From the NCBI GenBank assembly GCA_963801355.1, contig CAWDEM010000004.1, positions 1,568,001 through 1,632,000 of the forward strand: a stretch of DNA of 64,000 bases, in the 5' to 3' direction. Numbering within the stretch: position 1 is the stretch's first letter; every line of letters begins with the position of its first letter. A program made the translations under genes and the position numbers. This document shows, piece by piece, positions 42,181 through 52,445 of the stretch. Under the pieces are notes generated by a model. The model was not told the origin of the DNA. It was given only the letters and a program-made list of their open reading frames with translations, and did no database searches. Source of the DNA: Ignavibacteriota bacterium. Its GTDB lineage: Bacteria; Bacteroidota; Ignavibacteria; UBA10030; UBA6906.

Positions 42181-43149
42181 TCAGGTGTGATCCTCGATGA
42201 GATCGTCGATGCCCTTGCGAAGGTAGCGAGCGGTGACCCATCCGATCAGCATCCCGGCGAGCATTGTAGCAATGCAGTAGAGCGGCGTGAAAAAGAAGAC
42301 CAGAGCACCTGTCGATTTCTCGTCTCCACGCACATCGTTGTAGATCGTTTCCCAGCCCATGTAGTACATCGGCACCATGAGAGCGATGATGCCGGCAAGG
42401 CCGCCGATTGTGACTGACCAGAGCGTGAACAGTGACATGCGCCGGGCGTTTTTCATAGCGGTTCCGGCGAGAATGGCGAAAGGGATCATGCTGAACAGAT
42501 CGAGCAAGAGGGCACGGCCCTTGAGATGTTCGATGAGGATATCCATCAATGCATCGCCCGCCGGGATATTTCCAACAAAACGTTGCACGGCGAACGCGGT
42601 CGCCGTGGGGACAATCGCACCTGCGACGAGCGGCATGATCCACGCCGCGCGGGCGGGGATGATGGGAGCCTGGTGTGAGGGGTGACCCGGGGAGCGGAGT
42701 TGCAGCTCACGGGTTTTCACCCAGCGGAAAATCGCGGGGTGGAGAACAGAGACGGCAAGCAGAACCGATGCGCCGATGGTGATAATCCGCCATGTTTGCT
42801 CAAACGCGCGGGCTTCGGCTTGCGGATCAGGATCCGGAATGACAAAGGGTCCCGTGACGATCTTCGGGAGTAGAATGAGCAACCCGCTTACGGTGGCCGC
42901 GAGTCCGGCGTATGCGAGTGCCGCCCAGAAGCCTGCAGCGGGAGAGCGGACAAACGTCACGGCAATAATTGCCGGAAGGAGCACCGCCGGAACCAGGAAC
43001 GAAAGGAGACCCCAGGTGAAAGGGAGGGGAGCGTCGACGATGAGCCGTTGAAGAATTTCGCCTGCCACCGGAAGAACCGCTTTCAGGATCAGCAGTGCAA
43101 GAACGATTCTGACACTGGACGGCAGCGCAGAAGTCTTCGTATCGGCCAT
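42181..43149 (-). CDS. Hypothetical polytopic membrane protein
   Basis: About 8 hydrophobic segments; AAGGG RBS before MADTK. Confidence 0.65.
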   Translation of the reverse strand: MADTKTSALPSSVRIVLALLILKAVLPVAGEILQRLIVDAPLPFTWGLLSFLVPAVLLPAIIAVTFVRSPAAGFWAALAYAGLAATVSGLLILLPKIVTGPFVIPDPDPQAEARAFEQTWRIITIGASVLLAVSVLHPAIFRWVKTRELQLRSPGHPSHQAPIIPARAAWIMPLVAGAIVPTATAFAVQRFVGNIPAGDALMDILIEHLKGRALLLDLFSMIPFAILAGTAMKNARRMSLFTLWSVTIGGLAGIIALMVPMYYMGWETIYNDVRGDEKSTGALVFFFTPLYCIATMLAGMLIGWVTARYLRKGIDDLIEDHT

Positions 43150-43303
43150 GTGGGGTCCCTTTGGAGGAGAACACAACCCCCATAGATACCGAACTTCGCA
43201 ACAAAATGCAAAGATCTTCCAATAGCACGCCTACTGGAGGGTCTCCATCGTCGAATTTTGCGAGCTATATCATGTTGAAAAATATAGCCTTACAAGATTT
43301 GCC

Positions 43304-43332
43304 TTGACTTCGTCGATCTTGTATCGTAAGTT
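43304..43332 (+). promoter_or_regulatory. sigma70-like promoter (TTGACT-N17-TAAGTT)
   Basis: Upstream of the response regulator start at 43379. Confidence 0.45.
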
Positions 43333-43378
43333 ATTGCGGGTTTACGTTGAAACTTTTCGAGAAGACAGGGGATCGAGA

Positions 43379-43792
43379 ATGGCTACGCCGCAGTCAATTG
43401 TGATCGTGGAAGACGAATGCATCGCCGCCGAAGATGTTCGTCGCCGCCTGGTATCGTGGGGGTACCGGGTTGCAGCGGTGGTGTCGACGGGAGAGGACGC
43501 AATCAGGTCGGCGGAACAGGCGCAGCCGGACCTCGTTCTCATGGACATCCATCTCAAGGGAAAAATGGATGGTGTGGAGGCAGGAGAATGTATTCGTTCG
43601 CGCCTCCACGTGCCGGTGATTTACGCGACTGCTTATAGCGACAGCGAAACCCTGTCGCGGGCGGGCGTGGACGATGCACTGGGGTATATCACCAAACCCT
43701 ACGACGATGTTGAAATGCGCGGTGCGATAGAACATGCGCTGTCCCGGCGGGAAGTCGAACTTCGCCTCCTGAGAAGTGCCATCGCGGTATAG
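43379..43792 (+). CDS. Stand-alone response regulator receiver protein
   Basis: IVEDE, DLVLMDI, TAY, YITKP. Confidence 0.88.
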   Translation: MATPQSIVIVEDECIAAEDVRRRLVSWGYRVAAVVSTGEDAIRSAEQAQPDLVLMDIHLKGKMDGVEAGECIRSRLHVPVIYATAYSDSETLSRAGVDDALGYITKPYDDVEMRGAIEHALSRREVELRLLRSAIAV

Positions 43793-43800
43793 GCTGTGCA

Positions 43801-43852
43801 GAGCGGTGTGATCGAGCGGTGTGATCGAGCAGTGTGATCGGGCAGTGTGATC
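43801..43852. repeat. Tandem repeat, 4 x 13 bp (GRGCRGTGTGATC)
   Basis: Units at 43801, 43814, 43827 and 43840. Confidence 0.9.
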
Positions 43853-43957
43853 GGCCGAACAGACGTCTTGTTTGTTCTCCCTCCTTTGTGTACATTCCGA
43901 CGCTAATACGCTTCCATTCTCCACCATTGCACCCCACAATCCGGAGGTCTAACTGCC

Positions 43958-44605
43958 ATGAAGCGGATGCTGCTTGTGCTGCCGCTCGCGCTTGCCATGT
44001 TTCTTGTTGGATGCGGCAAGAGTGCCGAGCAGAAGAAACTTGAAGAAGCTGCCAAGGAATTGGGTCAGGCTGGAGGGAAACTGGCCGACGGCGCCCAGAA
44101 AATGGCCGACGCGATGAAAGACATCAACGATGGGAAAAAAGTTGAGCCTATCGATTTCCGGGAACTGAAGGCGCTGCTACCGGAAACGCTTCCCGGACTG
44201 ACCCGGGGAAACGTGGAAGGGGAACGTTCGGGCGCTATGGGGATCGAAGTGTCCCAGGCCTCTGCGGATTACACGGACGAAAACGGTGCCTCCATCAGTA
44301 TTAAAATCAGCGACATGGGCGGTCTCACGGGGGCCATGCGGCTGGCGACCCTCGGATGGACGATGGCGCAAATCGATCGTGAAACCAGTGAGGGCTACGA
44401 GCGGACCACCACCTTCAACGGGAACAAAGCCTGGGAACAATACTGGACATCGACACGGCGCGGGGAGCTGCACATTCTCGTCGGGGGGAGATATGTGGTC
44501 GAGGTTGACGGGAGCGAGTGTGACATGAACCGGATCAAGGACGCAGCGGGGAAAGTGGATATCAACAAACTCGAAGCAATGAAAGATTTTGGAGTGACAG
44601 GCTGA
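43958..44605 (+). CDS. Lipoprotein of unknown function
   Basis: GGAGG RBS; lipobox LVG/C; DFRELKALLP...V.GRYVVEV.G. Confidence 0.8.
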   Translation: MKRMLLVLPLALAMFLVGCGKSAEQKKLEEAAKELGQAGGKLADGAQKMADAMKDINDGKKVEPIDFRELKALLPETLPGLTRGNVEGERSGAMGIEVSQASADYTDENGASISIKISDMGGLTGAMRLATLGWTMAQIDRETSEGYERTTTFNGNKAWEQYWTSTRRGELHILVGGRYVVEVDGSECDMNRIKDAAGKVDINKLEAMKDFGVTG

Positions 44606-44644
44606 ACGCCTCCGCCACTATCAGCGGTGCAGGAACGGAGTGAC

Positions 44645-45910
44645 ATGCACACTGTTCGCTTTGTAGTGATCGGCCTCGGCGGTTACGGTCTGACGCATAT
44701 CGATGCCGTACGCTGGCTTTCCCGGCAGAATCAGGGACGACTCGCGGGCGTGGTGGCGCTTGATATTGACCGGAAGGCCCGCCCCCGGCTCGCCGCTGAT
44801 CTCGAGAAAGAGGGGGTGGTTCTGTACCGATCGGTGGATGATTTTTTCGATCGTGGAGTCGATACTACCGACGTGCTGACGGTACCCATCGGCATTCATC
44901 GGCATGTTCCGGTATCGATCCGGGCGCTTGAGGCCGGACTTCACGTGTACTGCGAAAAGCCCGTCGCCGCGACAGTGCAGGAGGTGGACCGGCTCATTGA
45001 AGCTGAAGCGCGGTCGCACCGGAAAGTCGCCGTCGGGTTCCAGCATCTATACGGCGTCTCAATGCGGCGGCTAAAGGAACTGTTGACCGCCGGCCGGCTC
45101 GGGACCGTGCGCGACATTTCACTGATGTGCAACTGGCCCCGGAGCGTGCAGTACTTTCAGCGGAACGACTGGAGCGGACACCTGCGGGTTGGTGACGACT
45201 GGATACTCGATAGTCCGGCCAACAACGCGCATGCCCATTACGTGATGAACGCGTTGTATCTTGCCTCTCCCAGAGCAGCCGAGGCGTCATCGCCCGGGAG
45301 TGTCCGGGCTGAGCTCTGGCGCGCCCATCGCATCGAAAGCGCTGATACCGTGCAATGTCATATCACGACCGTCGACGGGGTCAGGGTCCACATACTCGTG
45401 ACGCATGCCGGCGGCGCGCCAAACGGTCCGGTGATGCACATTACTGCCGACAGCGGCCGTGCCTACTGGCTGACAGACGAAGGGTGCACGACGGTCCGGC
45501 ACGCCGATGGGCGTCTCGAAATGTTCGATAACCGGAGTCACGCGCTCTGGCGGTATGACGCGTTCAAGAATCTGGTTCAGGCTATACACGGCGAAGCCGC
45601 AGTGATCTGTACGCCGGCGGTTGCGCGGGCGCAGACGCTGGCCGTGAACCTCATGCACGAAAGCTGCCGGTCGATTCACACTGTGCCCGATGAGTGTGTG
45701 ACGGAACTGGAAGATTGGGAGATGTTTCCGCCGGATACCAGAGGTCTCTTCCGGCGCATTACCGGGATCGATCCGGCGATGCACGTGGCATTCCATGAGG
45801 GTGTGTTCCTGAGTCAGCTGGGATTGGGGTGGACCGCGGGGATGGTGTCGCGGAAGGTGTCGGGGGACGGGTACCGGTGGTTTCCGGCAAAGGAAGATAT
45901 CACAGGGTGA
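44645..45910 (+). CDS. Gfo/Idh/MocA family oxidoreductase
   Basis: VIGLGGYG, HVYCEKP, VGFQH. Confidence 0.88.
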   Translation: MHTVRFVVIGLGGYGLTHIDAVRWLSRQNQGRLAGVVALDIDRKARPRLAADLEKEGVVLYRSVDDFFDRGVDTTDVLTVPIGIHRHVPVSIRALEAGLHVYCEKPVAATVQEVDRLIEAEARSHRKVAVGFQHLYGVSMRRLKELLTAGRLGTVRDISLMCNWPRSVQYFQRNDWSGHLRVGDDWILDSPANNAHAHYVMNALYLASPRAAEASSPGSVRAELWRAHRIESADTVQCHITTVDGVRVHILVTHAGGAPNGPVMHITADSGRAYWLTDEGCTTVRHADGRLEMFDNRSHALWRYDAFKNLVQAIHGEAAVICTPAVARAQTLAVNLMHESCRSIHTVPDECVTELEDWEMFPPDTRGLFRRITGIDPAMHVAFHEGVFLSQLGLGWTAGMVSRKVSGDGYRWFPAKEDITG

Positions 45911-45930
45911 CCCTGACGGGTCACCCCGTG
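45901..45930. terminator. Hairpin between convergent genes (probable bidirectional terminator)
   Basis: GGGTGACCC-TGAC-GGGTCACCC. Confidence 0.55.
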
Positions 45931-45940
45931 AAGTGCAGGA

Positions 45941-47314
<1,374 letters not shown>

Positions 47315-47377
47315 TTAGCTGACATCAGCCGGGCGCGGGTCGTTCGACCTCGGGGAGTCCGGCTCTGGATCTGCGGG

Positions 47378-48541
47378 CTAGCGCCGGAAGAACTCTCCGA
47401 CGATCATCTCATAGTCCCGGTCATCCATATCCTGGAGCAAGCCGGCATACACCTCGCCGCCGATCGGCGATGTACTGCCGTCGGGGTTGCGCCGGTTCAT
47501 CCTGGCGGTCAATGCCGTCAGACGTTCGATTTCTTCCTGGAAAAACGCGACTGCCGACTTCCCGATTTTCAACGACGGGATCTCCACATCCAGATGGTCG
47601 GCGTCGAGGACGCACATCCAATGCTCGGCATAGGGCGTCGCCTGCAGATCCTCGGGGTGTTTCGAGAGCGCGTTGTTCACCTGAATGACTTTTCCCGAGA
47701 CCGGAGCGAGGAACGGTATGGAGTGTTTTCCCTGTCGCACGGTGAAGAGAGGGGCGCTGCGTTGCACCGTCATTCCCAGGTTCGGGAGTTCGATGGTGTC
47801 CACCGTGCCGATCAACCGCCGGGCGAAGTCGTCGATGCCGACGCGGACCGTGCCGTCTTCAAATGTCGACGCCCACGTATGCCCGTCTGCGATGAAGACG
47901 CCCCCGGGGATGGCGAACTCATTGTTGCCGATCCCCTCCAGCGTCGCCACATGGGTAATGTGGACCTTCGGCTTCAGCTGTTTCGCAATCCGGTCCTGAC
48001 GCTTCAGAAGGATCTTCTTCACGAATGCGAGGAGCTCATCTTCGGTGAACGGCTTCTGCACATAGTCCATGGCGCCGTGCTTCATGCATTCAACCGCCGT
48101 CTCGACCGTGGCGTAACCGGTGATGATGACAACATCAATGTCCGGACGTATGTGCTTCACCGATTTCGTGACCTCCACACCGTCCATGGCCGGCATTTTG
48201 AGGTCGGTGAACACGAAGTCGTAGTGGTGGGACTGCAGGAGGCCGAGGGCCTCCTGGCCGGTCTGCACCGTGTCGATCGAGTAGCCGTCGAGCACCAGAA
48301 TCTTCCGGAAGCTGTCGAGGATTACTTCTTCGTCGTCGACGCAGAGGATCCGGGCCTTCGGCTGGTCGACTTCCGCCCGTTTCAGGCTCTTTGCTTCGCG
48401 GGTGAAGTCCAGCGAGAGGCTGACGGAGAGTGCATTCTCGCGTTCCTTCCGCAGCTTGTTCTCCTGCATGCGTCGTGACACCACGCGGATGAGGATGTCC
48501 GCTATGACGAAGACAATGACGGCGATAACAAACAGTAACAT
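47378..48541 (-). CDS. Membrane-anchored response regulator fused to a GcvH-like (lipoyl-carrier fold) domain
   Basis: N-terminal TM; receiver (VDDE, FTDLKMP, ITGY, VQKPF); C-terminal PGGVFIADGHTW...VRVGIDDFA...VRQGKHSIPFLAPVSGKVIQVN...PYAEHW. Confidence 0.88.
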   Translation of the reverse strand: MLLFVIAVIVFVIADILIRVVSRRMQENKLRKERENALSVSLSLDFTREAKSLKRAEVDQPKARILCVDDEEVILDSFRKILVLDGYSIDTVQTGQEALGLLQSHHYDFVFTDLKMPAMDGVEVTKSVKHIRPDIDVVIITGYATVETAVECMKHGAMDYVQKPFTEDELLAFVKKILLKRQDRIAKQLKPKVHITHVATLEGIGNNEFAIPGGVFIADGHTWASTFEDGTVRVGIDDFARRLIGTVDTIELPNLGMTVQRSAPLFTVRQGKHSIPFLAPVSGKVIQVNNALSKHPEDLQATPYAEHWMCVLDADHLDVEIPSLKIGKSAVAFFQEEIERLTALTARMNRRNPDGSTSPIGGEVYAGLLQDMDDRDYEMIVGEFFRR

Positions 48542-48562
48542 GGGAGGCCTCTCCTTAGTTGA

Positions 48563-49372
48563 TCACGTCAATGGATCAGAGCCGCATGGTTGCAGGCGTG
48601 CGAGTTCGTACTCAACGTCCGTCGGGATGGCGCGATACAGCCATCCGGTAAAATAGGGGTCCTTCTCGATGATGGCCGGGAAGGATTTCAATTCGGCGTT
48701 CACGTCCACCACCCGGCCGGAAATCGGCGAGAGTACCGGATGGAGCAGCCCGTCGGACGTCTGGATCTGGGCGCACACGGTTCCCTGGATGATTTCACCA
48801 TCGGGGTGAACGGTTTCCACCGCGGTGGGCTGTTCAATGGTCCGCACGAAGAGGTGGGTGACCCCGACGAGCGCCGTACCGTCGCCCTGCGGGCATACCC
48901 AGCTGGTGTAACCCAGCCGCCGGTACTTCGGCGGGCAGGGGACCACGAGTGTTCCGTCCTCCGTCGTGCCGGAGACCATGCGTGTTTGCTGCTCACGGAT
49001 CTGCCGGAAACGCAGAGCACGCTGGATCGCCGACTTTAGTTCATCGAAGGTGAAAGGTTTCGGAATGTAGTCTACCGCTCCGACAGTAAGAGCCTGCACG
49101 GCGTTCTCGACCGTGGAAAACCCGGTGGCCATGATGACGGGTGTTTCCGGCGCCTTCTTCAGGGCAAGTTTCAGAAACGAGAATCCATCCATCCCGGGCA
49201 TCATGACGTCGCAGAGGATGAGGCCGAAGGACTGCCGGTCAAGCAGAGGAACGGCGGATTCCGCGTCAAGGGAGGTGACAACACGGTATCCTTCCGATGT
49301 ACAGATTTTCGTCACCGCGTCAAGAATGACTTGTTCATCGTCGATGACCAGGATGTCTGTGTGTGGCTTCAT
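48563..49372 (-). CDS. Soluble response regulator fused to a GcvH-like domain
   Basis: Receiver (IDDE, LCDVMMP, ATGF, IPKPF); C-terminal ALVGVT...SPISGRVVDVN...IEKDPYFTGWLY. Confidence 0.86.
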   Translation of the reverse strand: MKPHTDILVIDDEQVILDAVTKICTSEGYRVVTSLDAESAVPLLDRQSFGLILCDVMMPGMDGFSFLKLALKKAPETPVIMATGFSTVENAVQALTVGAVDYIPKPFTFDELKSAIQRALRFRQIREQQTRMVSGTTEDGTLVVPCPPKYRRLGYTSWVCPQGDGTALVGVTHLFVRTIEQPTAVETVHPDGEIIQGTVCAQIQTSDGLLHPVLSPISGRVVDVNAELKSFPAIIEKDPYFTGWLYRAIPTDVEYELARLQPCGSDPLT

Positions 49373-49378
49373 GCCTGT

Positions 49379-51247
49379 CTACCGTGGCTGCTGGAGGGGA
49401 AGACGGATGTGGAATGTCGTTCCCTTCTTCGGTTCGCTCTCTACAGTGATGGTGCCGTTATGGTTGTCAATAATGCCCCAGATGACGGAAAGCCCCAGGC
49501 CGGTGCCTTTCTGTCCCTTCGTGGAAAAGAACGGCTCGAAAATTTTTGGAAGCTCCTCGCGTGATATGCCGCTTCCCGTGTCGGCCACGGTGATCTCGAC
49601 ATAGTCGCGCACTCCATCTCGCTCCACCGACTCCCACCTCTGCCAGTCGCACCCGAACCTGCTGCAGGCTTCCCATTTGCCCTGTCCCGCGACTTCTATC
49701 CAGAATGTGGCCGCGGCGCATTTCGGGCAGCGGACCTGCGTATCCATCAGCGAGACGCCGCACTCAGGACATTGCACCGTCATCTCCTGGTCGGGGGAGA
49801 GAGGGATGCTGGTCATGTGCTGGTGGCGGCCGTACAAGGGGTCTAGGTGGAGAATACCTTCTTCGTTCCCCGCACGCACTTTCACCCTGATCGACGGCAG
49901 ACCGTTGATTTTCACGGCCGGGTCGATCAGCGCGTGCCGCTTGCTGCACGCAGCCTTCTTTACGGATGCGGTTCCCTCCGGGGAGAGCTTGAGCAATGAA
50001 GAGCCAATGGTGATTGTGCCGCCCGCCTGCGGCATCGCATCGATCGCGTTCACGATGAGGTTGACGAAGACCTGCTGGATCTGGTTGGCGTCGACGGTGA
50101 CCGGCGGAAGCTGCGGGTCAATATTCTTGACCAGATCCACATGCCGGAGCGTCAGCTGGTTGCTGACGACTGTCGTGGCACGGTCTATGACATCGTTGAT
50201 CTGTGCTTCGGTCTTCTTGGGCACCGACTGCCGGGCGAAATCGAGCAGGCTCTTGACGATCTCCCGGCTCCGGAGGGTTTCCCGTACGATGACCTTGAGG
50301 TCTTCCTGCAGCTCCGGCTGATCCTGTGTGCGCTTCAGCAGAAAACTGCTGTAGGTCAGCACGCCGGTCAGCGGGTTGTTGATCTCATGAGCGACCCCGG
50401 CGGCAAGCCGTCCAAGGGACGCGAGTTTGTCCGATTGGAAGAGTTGCATCCGGGCTTCGGACAGTTTGGCGGTCATGTTATTGAACGAGCGTCCGAGCCG
50501 GCCGAGTTCGTCATTGCCTTCCCGGCTGATGTGGTAGCTGAGGTTGCCATCGGCGACCTGCTGGGTCCCCTTGACCAGTTCGGCCACCGGCCGGGCGACC
50601 CATCGCTGCACGAAGAAGGCGATGATCAGGCTCAGTGCAACAAAAGCACCTGCTGCGAAGAGCACCATCTCCAGCACACGGTCGCGGATCTGGCGATCGA
50701 CCTCTTGCAGCGGCATGGTTACATCAAGGACACCGAGCACCTTCACGTGTGCGGGGTGGACGTGGCAGTCGGCAGAGGAACAGGAGGTCTCGTTGTATAT
50801 GGGGTTGATGACCGCCAGGTACCGGTCCGTCTCTCCTACCGGCTGGAGCAGCCGGGTTCTCTGGTCGATGGTCAGGTGCTGCAGCGGAGGTGTGCTGGCA
50901 TGACAGGCGCGACAATTAGCAACCTCCTTCGGAAGAATGGTGCCCACGTCGGTCCCTACGGAGGAGAACATGACCTTCCCCTCCTTGTTCAGCACCCGCA
51001 CGTCGCCGATGCCGGACTGCTGGCCGATAGCGCTGATGGTTTCCTGGATACGGTCACGCTCGTTGCGGAGCATATCCAGCCTGGTGCTGTGCTTGACCGT
51101 CTCGGTCAGCTGGTTTGCGTGACGTTCCACCTCCGCGGACAAACTTGCGTTGAGAGCACGGATGTTGAAGAACGCAATGATCCCGATGATCACGATTGCC
51201 GTGATCCCGACCACGAGGATGAGTCTGACACCAATCCGCCGGATCAT
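49379..51247 (-). CDS. Sensor histidine kinase: periplasmic c-heme motifs, HAMP, HisKA, HATPase with a Cys-rich insertion
   Basis: 2 TM; CRACH and CSSADCH; AHEINNPL; NLIVNAIDAM; DTGSGI, FEPFFSTK, GTGLGL. Start probably MIRRIG at 51247. Confidence 0.92.
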   Translation of the reverse strand: MIRRIGVRLILVVGITAIVIIGIIAFFNIRALNASLSAEVERHANQLTETVKHSTRLDMLRNERDRIQETISAIGQQSGIGDVRVLNKEGKVMFSSVGTDVGTILPKEVANCRACHASTPPLQHLTIDQRTRLLQPVGETDRYLAVINPIYNETSCSSADCHVHPAHVKVLGVLDVTMPLQEVDRQIRDRVLEMVLFAAGAFVALSLIIAFFVQRWVARPVAELVKGTQQVADGNLSYHISREGNDELGRLGRSFNNMTAKLSEARMQLFQSDKLASLGRLAAGVAHEINNPLTGVLTYSSFLLKRTQDQPELQEDLKVIVRETLRSREIVKSLLDFARQSVPKKTEAQINDVIDRATTVVSNQLTLRHVDLVKNIDPQLPPVTVDANQIQQVFVNLIVNAIDAMPQAGGTITIGSSLLKLSPEGTASVKKAACSKRHALIDPAVKINGLPSIRVKVRAGNEEGILHLDPLYGRHQHMTSIPLSPDQEMTVQCPECGVSLMDTQVRCPKCAAATFWIEVAGQGKWEACSRFGCDWQRWESVERDGVRDYVEITVADTGSGISREELPKIFEPFFSTKGQKGTGLGLSVIWGIIDNHNGTITVESEPKKGTTFHIRLPLQQPR

Positions 51248-51263
51248 TGCGCAGGAGACCGTT

Positions 51264-52445
51264 CTATTTGTTGCCGACCGCACGTACGGAGCTGATCATC
51301 GTGCCCGGCCGTGCCGCCGGATAGCTCTTGTCGTCGTGACATCCCGCACAGGATGGCGCTGCAGCAAAATTCATCTCCGCGTGACAGGACTCACAGTCCA
51401 GCCCGCTGTGCGATGCATCGAGCCGCAACCCTGTGATTTGATGCTTGAACGATGCCGGCGTCCACCCTTTGTGACACGTCGTGCACTTGCGGTCAACTTT
51501 CGTGAAGCGTTTCTTGTCGCCGTGGCACTTCTGACAGGAGAGGTCGCGGTGGAAGCGATTCAGGGCCCAGCCGGAACTCCGTGCATGGTCGAATGCCGTC
51601 ATCGGCTTTGCGACGTGGCACGCCTCGCATTTGTCCGAACCATGGCAGGTGAAGCAGGGCTCATGCAGCTGCTCCATGGAAAGCTGTGTCTTCACTTCCC
51701 GCACCTTGGTGTCATCGGCTCTGCTCCTGTTCACGTCGTGGCACCGTACGCATCCTTCCTGCTGGTGGCAGTCGATGCATTCCAGCCCGAACCGTGTCGC
51801 GTGGTCGTCGTGGAAAAACGTCACAAACGAACCGTCCTCATTGCGAGTTGCATAATCCACTTTTGTGGGGAGTGGAACTCTGGGATGGGATTTGCCGGCC
51901 TCTGTGCGAGCACGCGTCATCTCCGCTTCAGTCTGCTCCTGGGATTTCTTTGTGTGACATCCGCTGCAGTCCGTTGTGTGTGTCCACTGCCGGTGACAAT
52001 CTATGCACTGCCGGTGATATGCACCCTTGAGATCAGGCATGCTGAGATCGGCACGGGCCCTCGACTTCGGGTGGCACTCACGGCAGGAGAGGATCCCCTG
52101 GGAGGTGCTGTTGTAGTGGTGGCAGCCATAGCATCCTCCCGACATCTCCGACATCTCGGCGTGCGCCTTGTGCGCGAAGACCACCGGACCATACTGGCCC
52201 GCCATGTCTCCCATGCGCAAGACTTCCGGGCCTGTCTCCCCCGTGGCATGGCCGGGGAGCATGCGCACACGCGGACAGTTCACGAGGCACGGGTCTGTCT
52301 TTGTTGGTTTCGGGCAGGCATGGCACGTCTGGCATGGCACATCCGGACGCTTCGGCGGTGCATGTTTTTCCCATTTGGATCCCTGGCCGAACGCGGACAG
52401 GGAAAGCAACGCGAGCGCTGTGAGACAATGAATCCAGAGTTTCAT
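51264..52445 (-). CDS. Multiheme cytochrome c (13 CxxCH), cytochrome c3-like repeats
   Basis: Signal peptide MKLWIH...AFG; 13 CxxCH counted; VVFAHKAH and VTFFHDDH distal-His motifs; ATGA overlap with the NrfD-family gene. Confidence 0.92.
   Translation of the reverse strand: MKLWIHCLTALALLSLSAFGQGSKWEKHAPPKRPDVPCQTCHACPKPTKTDPCLVNCPRVRMLPGHATGETGPEVLRMGDMAGQYGPVVFAHKAHAEMSEMSGGCYGCHHYNSTSQGILSCRECHPKSRARADLSMPDLKGAYHRQCIDCHRQWTHTTDCSGCHTKKSQEQTEAEMTRARTEAGKSHPRVPLPTKVDYATRNEDGSFVTFFHDDHATRFGLECIDCHQQEGCVRCHDVNRSRADDTKVREVKTQLSMEQLHEPCFTCHGSDKCEACHVAKPMTAFDHARSSGWALNRFHRDLSCQKCHGDKKRFTKVDRKCTTCHKGWTPASFKHQITGLRLDASHSGLDCESCHAEMNFAAAPSCAGCHDDKSYPAARPGTMISSVRAVGNK

Noticed and set aside
47378-49372. 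Conventional glycine cleavage system
   Set aside because: No gcvP or gcvT, H-like domains are fused to receivers, and the ESxK motif is degenerate.
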